From an uncultured Solirubrobacterales bacterium (GTDB lineage: Bacteria > Actinomycetota > Thermoleophilia > Solirubrobacterales > 70-9), in assembly GCA_963795675.1 (NCBI GenBank), contig CAWCJB010000004.1, positions 306,376 through 370,375 on the forward strand: 64,000 nt of DNA, in the 5' to 3' direction. Both the position numbers and the translations under genes were made by a program. Positions 1 to 8,028 of this stretch are shown piece by piece. Position 1 is the stretch's first letter, and each line of letters starts with the position of its first letter. A model generated the notes under the pieces. That model saw nothing but the letters and a program-made list of their open reading frames with translations, was not told the DNA's origin and did no database searches.

Positions 1-261
1 GGGTGACCCTGGACGAACCTCCCCTTTTGTGAGGGAAGGGTCACCCCCGTCTCCCCTCTCGGCGATGACCGCGAGCAACGTCGTCGGGGCATCTGCCGCG
101 CCCGACCCGAACGTGTAGCGCCCGATCCGATCCCGCGGATCCAGCGCGGCGAGGAACTCCGCCGGCATCAGCTCGCTGTAGGCCTCCTGCCAGGAGCGCA
201 CATGTAGTTCGGCTACCGCAAGCTCGTCGCCGCGACAAGCCTCACGCAGCTCCACCGCCAT
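1..261 (-). CDS. GNAT-family N-acetyltransferase, partial (3' end lies outside the window)
   Basis: Absent from the ORF track because it runs off the window edge. The ATG at 259-261 (minus) overlaps the cupin stop by 1 nt (TGATG). The translation MAVELREACRGDELAVAELHVRSWQEAYSELMPAEFLAALDP... fits the usual GNAT N-terminal pattern. Confidence 0.5.
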   Translation of the reverse strand, partial: MAVELREACRGDELAVAELHVRSWQEAYSELMPAEFLAALDPRDRIGRYTFGSGAADAPTTLLAVIAERGDGGDPSLTKGEVRPGSP

Positions 262-632
262 CACTCCTCCTCGAGCAGGACCGTGTCCTCGTGCGAGTAC
301 GGCGGCGAGCAGGCGCAGACGACGACCAGGTCGACCTCACCGTCGTTATGCAGCCGGTGCGGCGTGCCGGGCGGGATCGCCACGCAGTCGCCCGCCGCGA
401 CCGCCCGCTCCTCCTCGCCGACCCGCAGCCGCCCCGCTCCCGCCGTGACCAGGTAGAGCTCTTCCGAGCGTCGGTGCAGGTGTTCGATCGTCGTCCCACC
501 CGGAGCGACAGTCGCCTCGGCGAGGCTCAGGTTCGTCGCCTCGGCCGCGTAGCCCGGCCCCGCCCACTCGCGGATCGTCGACCCGTCGCGGGTGACGTAG
601 GCCTCCAGCTGCTGGCGACGGGCGTGCTCCAT
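261..632 (-). CDS. cupin domain protein
   Basis: 123 aa ORF. Cupin motifs G..TIEHLHRRSEELYLV..G and IPPGTPHRLHN. Confidence 0.75.
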   Translation of the reverse strand: MEHARRQQLEAYVTRDGSTIREWAGPGYAAEATNLSLAEATVAPGGTTIEHLHRRSEELYLVTAGAGRLRVGEEERAVAAGDCVAIPPGTPHRLHNDGEVDLVVVCACSPPYSHEDTVLLEEE

Positions 633-681
633 ATCCTCTGCATAGCTTGACCGAGACGAGCGAGAGATTCGGTGAGGGCAG

Positions 682-1386
682 GTGGACGACCTTCGTCCTG
701 ATCCCCGGCGCGGGCTCCGACCGCGCGTGTACGAGGCGTCGATCGCGGCGCTCCGCGATCTGGGCCACGACGGGATCGCCCCGCCGCTGCCGCTCGACGA
801 CCCCGACGCGGGGCCGAGCGCCCACGCCGACGCGGTGATCGCGGCGCTCCCCGACCCGCGGCCGGAGCCGCTGGTGATCGTCGGCCAGTCGCTCGGCGCC
901 TACACCGCGGCGGTCGTCGCCGACCGGCTCGGCCCGCAGCGGCTGATCCTGCTCGCGCCGATGATCCCGAAGCTGGGCGAGGCGGCGGGCGACTGGTGGA
1001 AAGACACCGGCCACGCGGAGGCGATCGCATCGCTGACCGCGCGCCTCGGCCCGCCCGAGGACTGGGACGAGGCGGCGCTCGATGAGGTCTTCTACCACGA
1101 CGTCGACGCGGCGACGCTGGCCGCGAACGACGAATACGAGGGCCGCCCGGCGCCCGGCATGTTCGCCGAGCCGCTGAGCGTCGAGCGCTGGCCCTACTTG
1201 CCGACCACCGTCCTTGCCCCGCATGACGACCGCCTCTTCCCGCTCGAGTTCCAGCGTCGCCTCACCCGCGAGCGCCTCGGCGAGGGGGTCGAGTTCGCGG
1301 AGCTGCCCGGCGGCCACCTGCCGATGCTCTCGCGCCCGCGGGAGCTGGCCGCGCGGCTGGTCGAGCTGTCTTCAACTCGGCCTTAG
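682..1386 (+). CDS. alpha/beta hydrolase, N-terminus apparently frameshifted
   Basis: GQSLG nucleophile elbow and a C-terminal GGHLP motif. The expected N-terminal strand FVLIPGAGSD lies in another frame (ORF 647..838). Confidence 0.7.
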   Translation: MDDLRPDPRRGLRPRVYEASIAALRDLGHDGIAPPLPLDDPDAGPSAHADAVIAALPDPRPEPLVIVGQSLGAYTAAVVADRLGPQRLILLAPMIPKLGEAAGDWWKDTGHAEAIASLTARLGPPEDWDEAALDEVFYHDVDAATLAANDEYEGRPAPGMFAEPLSVERWPYLPTTVLAPHDDRLFPLEFQRRLTRERLGEGVEFAELPGGHLPMLSRPRELAARLVELSSTRP

Positions 1387-1410
1387 CTTCACCCCATAGC
1401 TTGGGCTGTC

Positions 1411-2049
1411 GTGCAGTCCCCGCTCCGTCGCTCCTTCCTTCGCGTCGCCCCCTTCCTGGCCGCGGCGCTCGCGCTCGGCGTGATCGCCGCCGGCTGCGGT
1501 AGCGGCTCCGGCTCGGCGAGCAATGCCGCGGTGACGCTCCCGGCCATCCCCGGCGGCGACGCCGTCCCCGCCAAGAACGCGCCGCCGATCAAGCTCACCG
1601 ACCAGTACGGCAAGAAGGTCGACCTGGCGAAGCTGAAGGGGCACTCGGTCCTGGTCGCCTTCCTCTACACCCACTGCACCGATCTCTGCCCGATCGTCGC
1701 CGGCAAGGTCCACACCGCCTACTCGCACATCCCGCAGGGCAAGCGGCCGCTCTTCCTCGCCGTCTCGGTCGACCCCGCCCACGACACCCCGGCGAGCGCC
1801 GCCTACTTCAACAAACGCCACCGCACCAGCGGCGAGATCGACTGGCTGCTCGGCTCCCAGGCCGAACTGGAGAAGGTCTGGCAGGCGTGGGGCGTGAAGC
1901 CCGAACACAATGCCAACGATCCCGAGGAAATCGAGCACAACGCGGAAATCTTCGCGATCGACCCGCAGGGACAGATCCGGGCACTCTTCCCGCCGACCTT
2001 CAAGCCGGAAAAGCTGGCGCTCGGCACCGAGGCCCTGGCGCAGTTGTGA
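1411..2049 (+). CDS. SCO1/SenC-family copper chaperone (thioredoxin fold), lipoprotein
   Basis: CTDLCP (CxxxC) motif in LVAFLYTHCTDLCP. Lipobox AAGC after the signal sequence. Confidence 0.8.
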   Translation: MQSPLRRSFLRVAPFLAAALALGVIAAGCGSGSGSASNAAVTLPAIPGGDAVPAKNAPPIKLTDQYGKKVDLAKLKGHSVLVAFLYTHCTDLCPIVAGKVHTAYSHIPQGKRPLFLAVSVDPAHDTPASAAYFNKRHRTSGEIDWLLGSQAELEKVWQAWGVKPEHNANDPEEIEHNAEIFAIDPQGQIRALFPPTFKPEKLALGTEALAQL

Positions 2050-2564
2050 GGAGGGCCTGGCGGGCGGCGCCGCGGGGCCGCTGGGTGGCGGTCGCGGGGC
2101 TCGTCGTCGCCGCGCTCGTGGTCGCCGAGTTGGCCAGCGGCGGCGGCTCCGAGCAGACCGGGCGCGCGGCGCCACCGCTGCCGTCGAAGGCGCTGCGCCC
2201 GCCCGCCGTCGATCTCGCCGCCCTGCGCGGCAAGCCCGCCCTGGTGGACTTCTTCGCCAGCTGGTGCGCGCCCTGCGCGGAAGAGGCGCCGACCCTGCGC
2301 AAGCTGTCGGCGGCGCTCGGCGACCGCGCCACCGTCGTCGCCGTCGACTGGGACGACGCGGGCGGCCCGGCGCGCGCCTTCGTCCGCAAGCACGGCTGGG
2401 ACTTCCCGGTGCTCGCCGACACCTCCGGCACGGCGGGCGAAACCTACGGCCTGGTCGGGCTGCCGACCTCCTTCGTGCTCGACCCGCAGGGCCGCATCGT
2501 CGCCACCTTCCGCGGCCCGCAGAGCGAGGCGAAGCTGCGCCAGGCGCTGCTCGAAGCCGCCTGA
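2046..2564 (+). CDS. TlpA/ResA-like thiol-disulfide oxidoreductase
   Basis: FFASWCAPC (CxxC redoxin motif) and an N-terminal TM segment. The GTG at 2046 overlaps the SCO1 stop (GTGA). The track ORF 1887..2564 is extended upstream through the SCO1 gene. Confidence 0.8.
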   Translation: MRRAWRAAPRGRWVAVAGLVVAALVVAELASGGGSEQTGRAAPPLPSKALRPPAVDLAALRGKPALVDFFASWCAPCAEEAPTLRKLSAALGDRATVVAVDWDDAGGPARAFVRKHGWDFPVLADTSGTAGETYGLVGLPTSFVLDPQGRIVATFRGPQSEAKLRQALLEAA

Positions 2565-2696
2565 GCGCGCCCTCCCAGGCCGCCTCAGCGCGCCTGAACC
2601 CCCTGCAAGCACCCACCCATCGGGCGGATCGACCGGAACAACGGGGAAGGGGTGTGTTGAAGCAGGTACGGACTCATGCAACTACGGAAGGACGAC

Positions 2697-3842
2697 ATGA
2701 TGCACGCCAAATCCCGGCCGGTCGCCCTCCGGATGATCGTCGGGGCAGTGGCCGCAATGGTCGCGCTCCTCGCCTTCGTCCCCGCCGCCTCCGCGGCCCG
2801 GGACCCGATCTCCGGCGGCACCACCGATTTCCACCTGAAGAAGGGCTTCCTGAAGAAGCTGACCAACCTTGGCATCGGCCTCGCCGGCGTCGGCACCGGC
2901 CAGACCAGCGGCAACAAGATCAGCCTGCCGGTCGCCGAAGGGATGTTCGACCCGACCAACGCCCAGGGCCACATCACCAGCCCCGGCGGCTTCCAGCTGG
3001 TCAAGGGCTCGCGCTCGGTGCCGATCAGCGGGGTCGAAGTGAACACCGTGCACAACATCGTCCGCGCGACGATCGCCGGCGCTCACATGCAGCTCGGCAC
3101 CTTCGGCACGCCGACCGCCGCCCGTGAAGGCTTCGGCGCCCGGATCAAGGCGGGGCAGCTGACGCTGACCCAGAAGGCCGCCACCCGGATCTCGAACAAA
3201 CTCGGGCTGCAGGGGAGCCAGCGGATCAACCAGCGGGTGATGAGCAACGAGTTCAGCACCACGGTGCCCTCGAGCCTGACCATCCTCGGTCAGAACGAAG
3301 CGACGCTGGAAGGCTCCGCCGCGACCTTCAAAAAGTTCGGCGAAAAGGGCGTCAACCTGTCGAGCGGGATCAAACCGATCGCCCCGGCGAAGAACTCGAA
3401 AGTCACCAACTTCACCTTCCCGATCGCGGGCGGGACGTTGGCGACCAACTACACGACCGGCCAGATCGTCACCACCGGCGGAGTCGAAATCGTCAAGAAC
3501 GGCAAAACCCTTTCGCCGACGATGAAAATCACCAACATCTACGTCGAATTCGCCCAGAAAACGGCAACGGTCGAACTCGAAATCACGCCGACTCCGCCCT
3601 TCCCCGGGGCGACCGGCCGCTCCTCGATCGTCGACCTCGTCTTCCCGGCGAACGCGATCCAGAGCAACGCGACGACGCGCCAGGTCACGATCAAAGGCGC
3701 CGAAGCGAAACTACAGGCGGTGGCCGCGACGACGCTCAACTCGGTGTTCAACCAGGGCGACGAAAAAGCGCCCCCGGCGAGCAGCGAATTCGCCGCGGGC
3801 GAACTGTTCGGCACCTTCTCGATGGTGCTGCAGGCTCAGTAG
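2697..3842 (+). CDS. secreted protein of unknown function with two beta-rich internal repeats
   Basis: Signal peptide ...AFVPAASAARDP. GGAAGGA Shine-Dalgarno 4-7 nt before the ATG ATG at 2697/2700. The two halves share the pattern ...P(V/I)A.G......G.I...GG..(L/I)VK.G... No family recognised with confidence. Confidence 0.6.
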   Translation: MMHAKSRPVALRMIVGAVAAMVALLAFVPAASAARDPISGGTTDFHLKKGFLKKLTNLGIGLAGVGTGQTSGNKISLPVAEGMFDPTNAQGHITSPGGFQLVKGSRSVPISGVEVNTVHNIVRATIAGAHMQLGTFGTPTAAREGFGARIKAGQLTLTQKAATRISNKLGLQGSQRINQRVMSNEFSTTVPSSLTILGQNEATLEGSAATFKKFGEKGVNLSSGIKPIAPAKNSKVTNFTFPIAGGTLATNYTTGQIVTTGGVEIVKNGKTLSPTMKITNIYVEFAQKTATVELEITPTPPFPGATGRSSIVDLVFPANAIQSNATTRQVTIKGAEAKLQAVAATTLNSVFNQGDEKAPPASSEFAAGELFGTFSMVLQAQ

Positions 3843-3857
3843 GGACGGGCCGCAGGG

Positions 3858-3928
3858 GCGGGAACCGGGGAAGACCCTTCACTCACGAACTGCAGGGAGG
3901 TTCGTTCAGGGTCTTCCCCGGTTCCCGC
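3858..3928. terminator. long stem-loop between convergent genes (bidirectional terminator candidate)
   Basis: 21-bp arms: gcgggaaccggggaagaccct (3858-3878) pairs with agggtcttccccggttcccgc (3908-3928). It overlaps the last codons of lspA. Confidence 0.55.
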
Positions 3929-4437
3929 TCGTTGCGCCGCCGTGGGCGCATCGAGAGCAGAGCGCCGGCGATCATCACCACGACCGCCGCGTTCAGCGCC
4001 AGGTCGGCGAGGTTCATGCTGCCGCCGTGGGCGCTGGGGCTGAGCCAGTCGACCACTCCTCCGTGCAGCGGGCCCGGACCGCGGAGCAGCCGGTCGAGGC
4101 CGTTGCCGACCGCGCCGCCGAGGAAGAGGCCGAAGCCGATCGCGGTGAGGCGATCGAGGCGCGAGCGGAAGATGACGACGGCGAGGATGATCGCGGCGGC
4201 GACCGTGAAGGCCGAGATCAGGACCGTGTGCCCGGCCCAACTGCCTCCCGGCCCGGCGTAGTTGCGGAAGAGCTGCAGGTGGACGCCGCCGACGAGGTGG
4301 ACCGGCCCGTCGGCGAGGTAATGGACGGCGAGCAGCTTCGCGATCTGATCCGCTGCGATGACCGTGGCGGCGACGATGAAGGCGAGCCGCCGATAGGTGG
4401 TTGAGCCCGTACCGCCATGTCGCCGTCGATCGGGCAC
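3883..4437 (-). CDS. lspA: lipoprotein signal peptidase II
   Basis: 184 aa with four hydrophobic segments. Motifs ...LFRNYAGPGG... and ...MNLADLALNAAVVVM... are typical of LspA. Confidence 0.8.
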   Translation of the reverse strand: MPDRRRHGGTGSTTYRRLAFIVAATVIAADQIAKLLAVHYLADGPVHLVGGVHLQLFRNYAGPGGSWAGHTVLISAFTVAAAIILAVVIFRSRLDRLTAIGFGLFLGGAVGNGLDRLLRGPGPLHGGVVDWLSPSAHGGSMNLADLALNAAVVVMIAGALLSMRPRRRNEREPGKTLNEPPCSS

Positions 4438-4475
4438 ACCAAGGAAGGTACTCCGGGCGGGCGACCGCCCCCGGC

Positions 4476-5837
4476 TCAGGGCTCCGTGTGGACGACGACG
4501 TCGACGATCCGCGCCGCGCCCTCCGGCCGGTTGCGGCGGATCTCCTGCTCGAGCCGGCGCGCCATCTCGTGCGCCGCCTCGAGGGTGGCCTCGGGGCTAG
4601 CGACGACGTCGACGAAGACGACCAGCCCGACTTCGGTCGCCAGTAGGCGCAGACGCCGTGGCGGTTTGCCGGTCCGTTCCTCGACCAGCGCCGCGATCCG
4701 CGGCGCCGCCGGGTCGTCGTCGTCAGTTCGGGCGACGAGCGGCTCCTCCAGCGGCTCCAGGTGAGTCTGCACGTCGTCGACCTCCGCCTCGGCCCGCAGC
4801 GCCGCCTCGATCCGCTCGGCCACCTCGTGGGCGGCCGCGAGCGGCGTCGCCGCGTCGAGCTTCAGGTGCATGGAGACGCCGCAGCGGCCGTCGTGGCGGT
4901 AGATCGCGATGTCGTGGGCTTCCTGCACGGCGGGTTCGGCGAGGGCGATCGCGAGGGCGCGGGCGCGCAGGTCGAGGCCCTCGCGCAGCGGCTCGACGTG
5001 GACGACGACGTCGGCGGTGGGGAGCGCCCGGCGGACCGCCGCCTCGACCCGGTCGGCGGCCTTGTGGCTGGCGACCAGCGCCTGGTCGGGGGCGGCGCCG
5101 ATCGTCGCGTCGGCGAAATAGTGGCCCCCGGACTCGCGCAGCCGCAGCTGCCGGAGCTCGACCTCGTCCAGCGAGCGGATCGCCGCTTCGGCGGCGGCCT
5201 GGGCCTCCAGCGGCGTGGTATCCATCAGCACGCGTGAGTTCTCGTAGATCAGGCGGGCGGCGGCGGTGAAGATGATCGCGGCAACGATCAGCGAGGCGAT
5301 CGCGTCGCCCTGGTCGAAGCCGAGCGCGACGGCGGTGATGCCGCAGAGGACGGCGATCGAGCCCGCCATGTCGCCGGCGAAGTGGAAGGCGTTGGAGCGG
5401 AGCGCCGCGGACTTGTACTCCTTGGCGCTGCGGACGGAGATGGAGACGCGACTGAAGTCGACCACGAGCGCGAAGCCGATGACCGCGAAGACGTACCAGC
5501 GCGGGTCGAAGCCACCGTCGCCGCCTGAGCCGAGGCGATCGACCGCCTGGATCACGACGAAGGCGCCACCGCCGGAGAGGATCGCCGCCTCGCCGAGCCC
5601 GGCGAGGTTCTCGGCCCGGCGGTGCCCGTAGGGATGCTCGCGATCGGGCGGCTGGCCCCCGAGCCGGATCGCGAGCAAGGTCAGGATCGCGGCGATGACG
5701 TCGCCGCTCGACTCGATCCCGGCCGAGACGAGGGCCAAGGACCCGGTGGCGATGCCGGTGCCGAGCTTGAGGACGACGAGCAGGACGGCGGCGCCGATCG
5801 AGACGAGGGCGGTCTGGGTCTGGCCGCGGGGGGTCAC
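4476..5837 (-). CDS. cation diffusion facilitator (CDF) family metal efflux transporter with an extended C-terminal region
   Basis: TM region with SAGIESSGDVIAA and HFAGDMAGS metal-site motifs. It is followed by three tandem ...VVVHVEPL / VQTHLEPL / VVVHTEP-terminated modules. Confidence 0.8.
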   Translation of the reverse strand: MTPRGQTQTALVSIGAAVLLVVLKLGTGIATGSLALVSAGIESSGDVIAAILTLLAIRLGGQPPDREHPYGHRRAENLAGLGEAAILSGGGAFVVIQAVDRLGSGGDGGFDPRWYVFAVIGFALVVDFSRVSISVRSAKEYKSAALRSNAFHFAGDMAGSIAVLCGITAVALGFDQGDAIASLIVAAIIFTAAARLIYENSRVLMDTTPLEAQAAAEAAIRSLDEVELRQLRLRESGGHYFADATIGAAPDQALVASHKAADRVEAAVRRALPTADVVVHVEPLREGLDLRARALAIALAEPAVQEAHDIAIYRHDGRCGVSMHLKLDAATPLAAAHEVAERIEAALRAEAEVDDVQTHLEPLEEPLVARTDDDDPAAPRIAALVEERTGKPPRRLRLLATEVGLVVFVDVVASPEATLEAAHEMARRLEQEIRRNRPEGAARIVDVVVHTEP

Positions 5838-5850
5838 CCGGGGAGCCTAT

Positions 5851-5912
5851 GGGGAGAGTCGCGATCATCCCCTCTACACGGCGGCTATGAGGGGAGGATC
5901 GCGACTCTCCCC
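5851..5912. repeat. 24-bp inverted repeat (one mismatch) with a 14-nt spacer
   Basis: ggggagagtcgcgatcatcccctc (5851-5874) pairs with gaggggaggatcgcgactctcccc (5889-5912). It spans the stop codon of the DUF559 gene. Confidence 0.7.
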
Positions 5913-6883
5913 CGGCGCCTCAGCTGGGACGTGGTCGCCCGGAGGACGCGCGCCACGCGGTCCGGCTCGTACTTGATCTGGGCGTGGGTGAAGCGCAGGT
6001 GGGAAGTGCCGGCAGCGGAGTGGCTCTGATCGCGTTCGCGGTCCTTGGTCTGTTGGGCGGGAGTGCGGTGGTAGGTGATGCTGTCGGCCTCGATGACGAG
6101 GTCGAGTGCCGGGAAGTGGAAGTCGACTTCGTGGCCGTTGACATAGACCGAGGTGCGCGGAAGCGGCAGGCCGGCGGCGCGGACCAGCGGGAGAAATGCG
6201 CGCTCGAGCTCTGAGCGCGTGTAGCGGAAGGTGCGTCGGTCGAGGATCGCGCGCAGTCGCGCCACGCCGCGCTCGCCGTGGTGGTCGTCGAGGACTCTGC
6301 GGAGATCGTCGGTGCGGATGAGCCCGAGCCCGTCCGCCTCATTGATCGACCGCTCCATGACGGCCCGGTCGTGTCGGGTGGCGAGGTCGATCAGGGTCTG
6401 GGCAGGCGAGGTGACGGGGATGCCTTCGTAGTAGCCGACCGAGTCGCGGCGCAGGCTGGGGCGGCGATGGAGCTTGATCCCGGGCACGCTGCGATCGGTG
6501 GGAAGAAGGGTCGAGACCTCGATGCGCCCCGCGAGCTCGCAACCGATCGCGAACAGAGCGGCGGCACTGTCATGACTGAGGACGACCGCCGTCGCCGGCC
6601 TGCGCTCCGGACGGAGCAGGACGCCGCCATCGAGAGCCACATCCCCACCACAGGCGAGTACCGCCGCCATCCATCGACCGTTGGCCGTCAAGGTCGGACG
6701 CCCGACGGCGTAGGTCCCACGGGCGACAAGATGAAGACGGCCCCGAGCCAGGCGATGCTCGATCCCACTGGTCGTCAGTCCGAGCGCCAACAGTTGCCTC
6801 CGAGTCACCACCCCGTGTTGAGTCCGCGCCAGACCCCACGCCCCAGCCGTCCGCTCTGCCGTTTGCTGAGTTGACCCCGTCAT
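5885..6883 (-). CDS. AbiEi_4-like N-terminal domain plus DUF559 (Vsr-like endonuclease fold) protein
   Basis: N-terminus ...HGVVTRRQLLALGLT..GIEHRLARGRL.... C-terminus ...VDFHFPALDLVIEADSITYHRTPAQQTKDRERDQ..AAG...LRFTHAQI is typical of DUF559. Confidence 0.7.
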   Translation of the reverse strand: MTGSTQQTAERTAGAWGLARTQHGVVTRRQLLALGLTTSGIEHRLARGRLHLVARGTYAVGRPTLTANGRWMAAVLACGGDVALDGGVLLRPERRPATAVVLSHDSAAALFAIGCELAGRIEVSTLLPTDRSVPGIKLHRRPSLRRDSVGYYEGIPVTSPAQTLIDLATRHDRAVMERSINEADGLGLIRTDDLRRVLDDHHGERGVARLRAILDRRTFRYTRSELERAFLPLVRAAGLPLPRTSVYVNGHEVDFHFPALDLVIEADSITYHRTPAQQTKDRERDQSHSAAGTSHLRFTHAQIKYEPDRVARVLRATTSQLRRRGRVAILPS

Positions 6884-6954
6884 AGTCGGGTCAAGTCAGC
6901 AAATGGCGGTGGTTCTCCCCCCGACCCGCGCCCGGGGCGCGGAGGTTGCGGGGA

Positions 6955-7197
6955 TCAGAGGGGCCGGAGGCGGTTGAAGCGGGTGGCGGCGCCGCTGGGG
7001 TAGAGCAGCGCTTCCTCGCGTTTGAGGAGGCCGGAGGCGAGGAGGGCCTCGACTGCCGACTCGATCTCCGCCGCGCCGAGGCCCTCGGTCACGGCCTCGA
7101 GGTCCGCTTCTGTGATGCCCTTGTCGCCGACCACGAGGACGGCTCTCAGGACCTTCGCCTGGGCTTCTCTTTCCTCTCTTCCGGGCCTCCCCGCCAT
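6955..7197 (-). CDS. small hypothetical protein (80 aa), possibly winged-helix-like
   Basis: ATG start and high GC at third codon positions. An SOS-box palindrome lies 21 nt upstream. Confidence 0.5.
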   Translation of the reverse strand: MAGRPGREEREAQAKVLRAVLVVGDKGITEADLEAVTEGLGAAEIESAVEALLASGLLKREEALLYPSGAATRFNRLRPL

Positions 7198-7217
7198 ACG
7201 AACGAGGGTAGCAGGAA

Positions 7218-7235
7218 TACGAACATATGTTCGTA
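7218..7235. promoter_or_regulatory. LexA (SOS/Cheo) box candidate
   Basis: Perfect 18-bp palindrome TACGAACATATGTTCGTA containing CGAAC-N4-GTTCG. Extra CGAAC/GTTCG half-sites flank it. The region is AT-rich in a GC-rich genome. Confidence 0.6.
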
Positions 7236-7250
7236 TGTTCGTGCCGGAAT

Positions 7251-7985
7251 TTAGACCATGCCGAGGCCGCCGCTGACGCCCAAGGTCTCGCCCGTGACGA
7301 AGGTGGCGTCATCGGAGGCGAGGAAGGCCGCGGCGGCCGCCACCTCAAAGGGTTGGCCGAGCCGGCCGAGCTGGGTTTGGGAGCGCATGTTGTCGATCAG
7401 GCGCTCTCCCACCTCCCCCAGCTCCTTGGCGGCCATCAGGAGCGGCGTCTCGATCGGCCCGGGGGCGATCGCGTTCGCGGTCACGTTGTAGCGGCCGTTC
7501 TCCCGCGCGATCACCTTGGTGAAGCCGATCACGCCCGCCTTGGCGGCCGAGTAGACGGCGGAGCCCTTGGACCCCACCCGGCCCGCCTCGCTGGAGATGC
7601 TGACGATCCGGCCGTAGCCGGCCTCCTGCATCCCCGGCAGCGCCGCCGCGGTGCAGTTGATCACCCCGTTCAGATTGATGTCGAGCACCCGCTGCCACTG
7701 CTCCGGCGTGGTCTGGGGGAAGAAGCCGAACTCGTCGGTGCCGGCGTTGTTGACCAGGATCGCGAGATCTTCGATCTCCTCGACCGCCGCCCGAGCCGAG
7801 TCGAGGCTGGTCACGTCGAGCTCCAGCGCATGGCCGTTGATCTCGCCCGCGATCCGCTCTGCGCCGGGCACATCGATGTCACCGACCCAGACCTCGGCGC
7901 CCTCGGCGGCCAGCCGCTCGGCGATCGCCGCGCCGATCCCGCTGGCGCCACCGGTCACCAACGCCTTCCTGCCGTCGAGCCGCAT
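7251..7985 (-). CDS. short-chain dehydrogenase/reductase (FabG-like)
   Basis: MRLDGRKALVTGGASGIGAAIA (TGxxxGxG), NNAG, and S...YSAAK catalytic motifs. The track ORF is extended upstream to 8183. Confidence 0.85.
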   Translation of the reverse strand: MRLDGRKALVTGGASGIGAAIAERLAAEGAEVWVGDIDVPGAERIAGEINGHALELDVTSLDSARAAVEEIEDLAILVNNAGTDEFGFFPQTTPEQWQRVLDINLNGVINCTAAALPGMQEAGYGRIVSISSEAGRVGSKGSAVYSAAKAGVIGFTKVIARENGRYNVTANAIAPGPIETPLLMAAKELGEVGERLIDNMRSQTQLGRLGQPFEVAAAAAFLASDDATFVTGETLGVSGGLGMV

Positions 7986-8028
7986 GCGGCGGACAATAGA
8001 CTGGCGCCCCTTGCTTAGCCAGGAAACT

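Noticed and set aside
41-499. ORFs 41..238 and 242..499 on the minus strand.
   Set aside because: Both have Arg-rich nonsense composition. They overlap the better-supported GNAT (frame ending at 261) and cupin genes.
5885-6883. AbiE-type toxin-antitoxin or abortive-infection module, suggested by the AbiEi-like N-terminal domain.
   Set aside because: No AbiEii nucleotidyltransferase partner is adjacent. The AbiEi_4+DUF559 fusion is a common stand-alone actinobacterial architecture.
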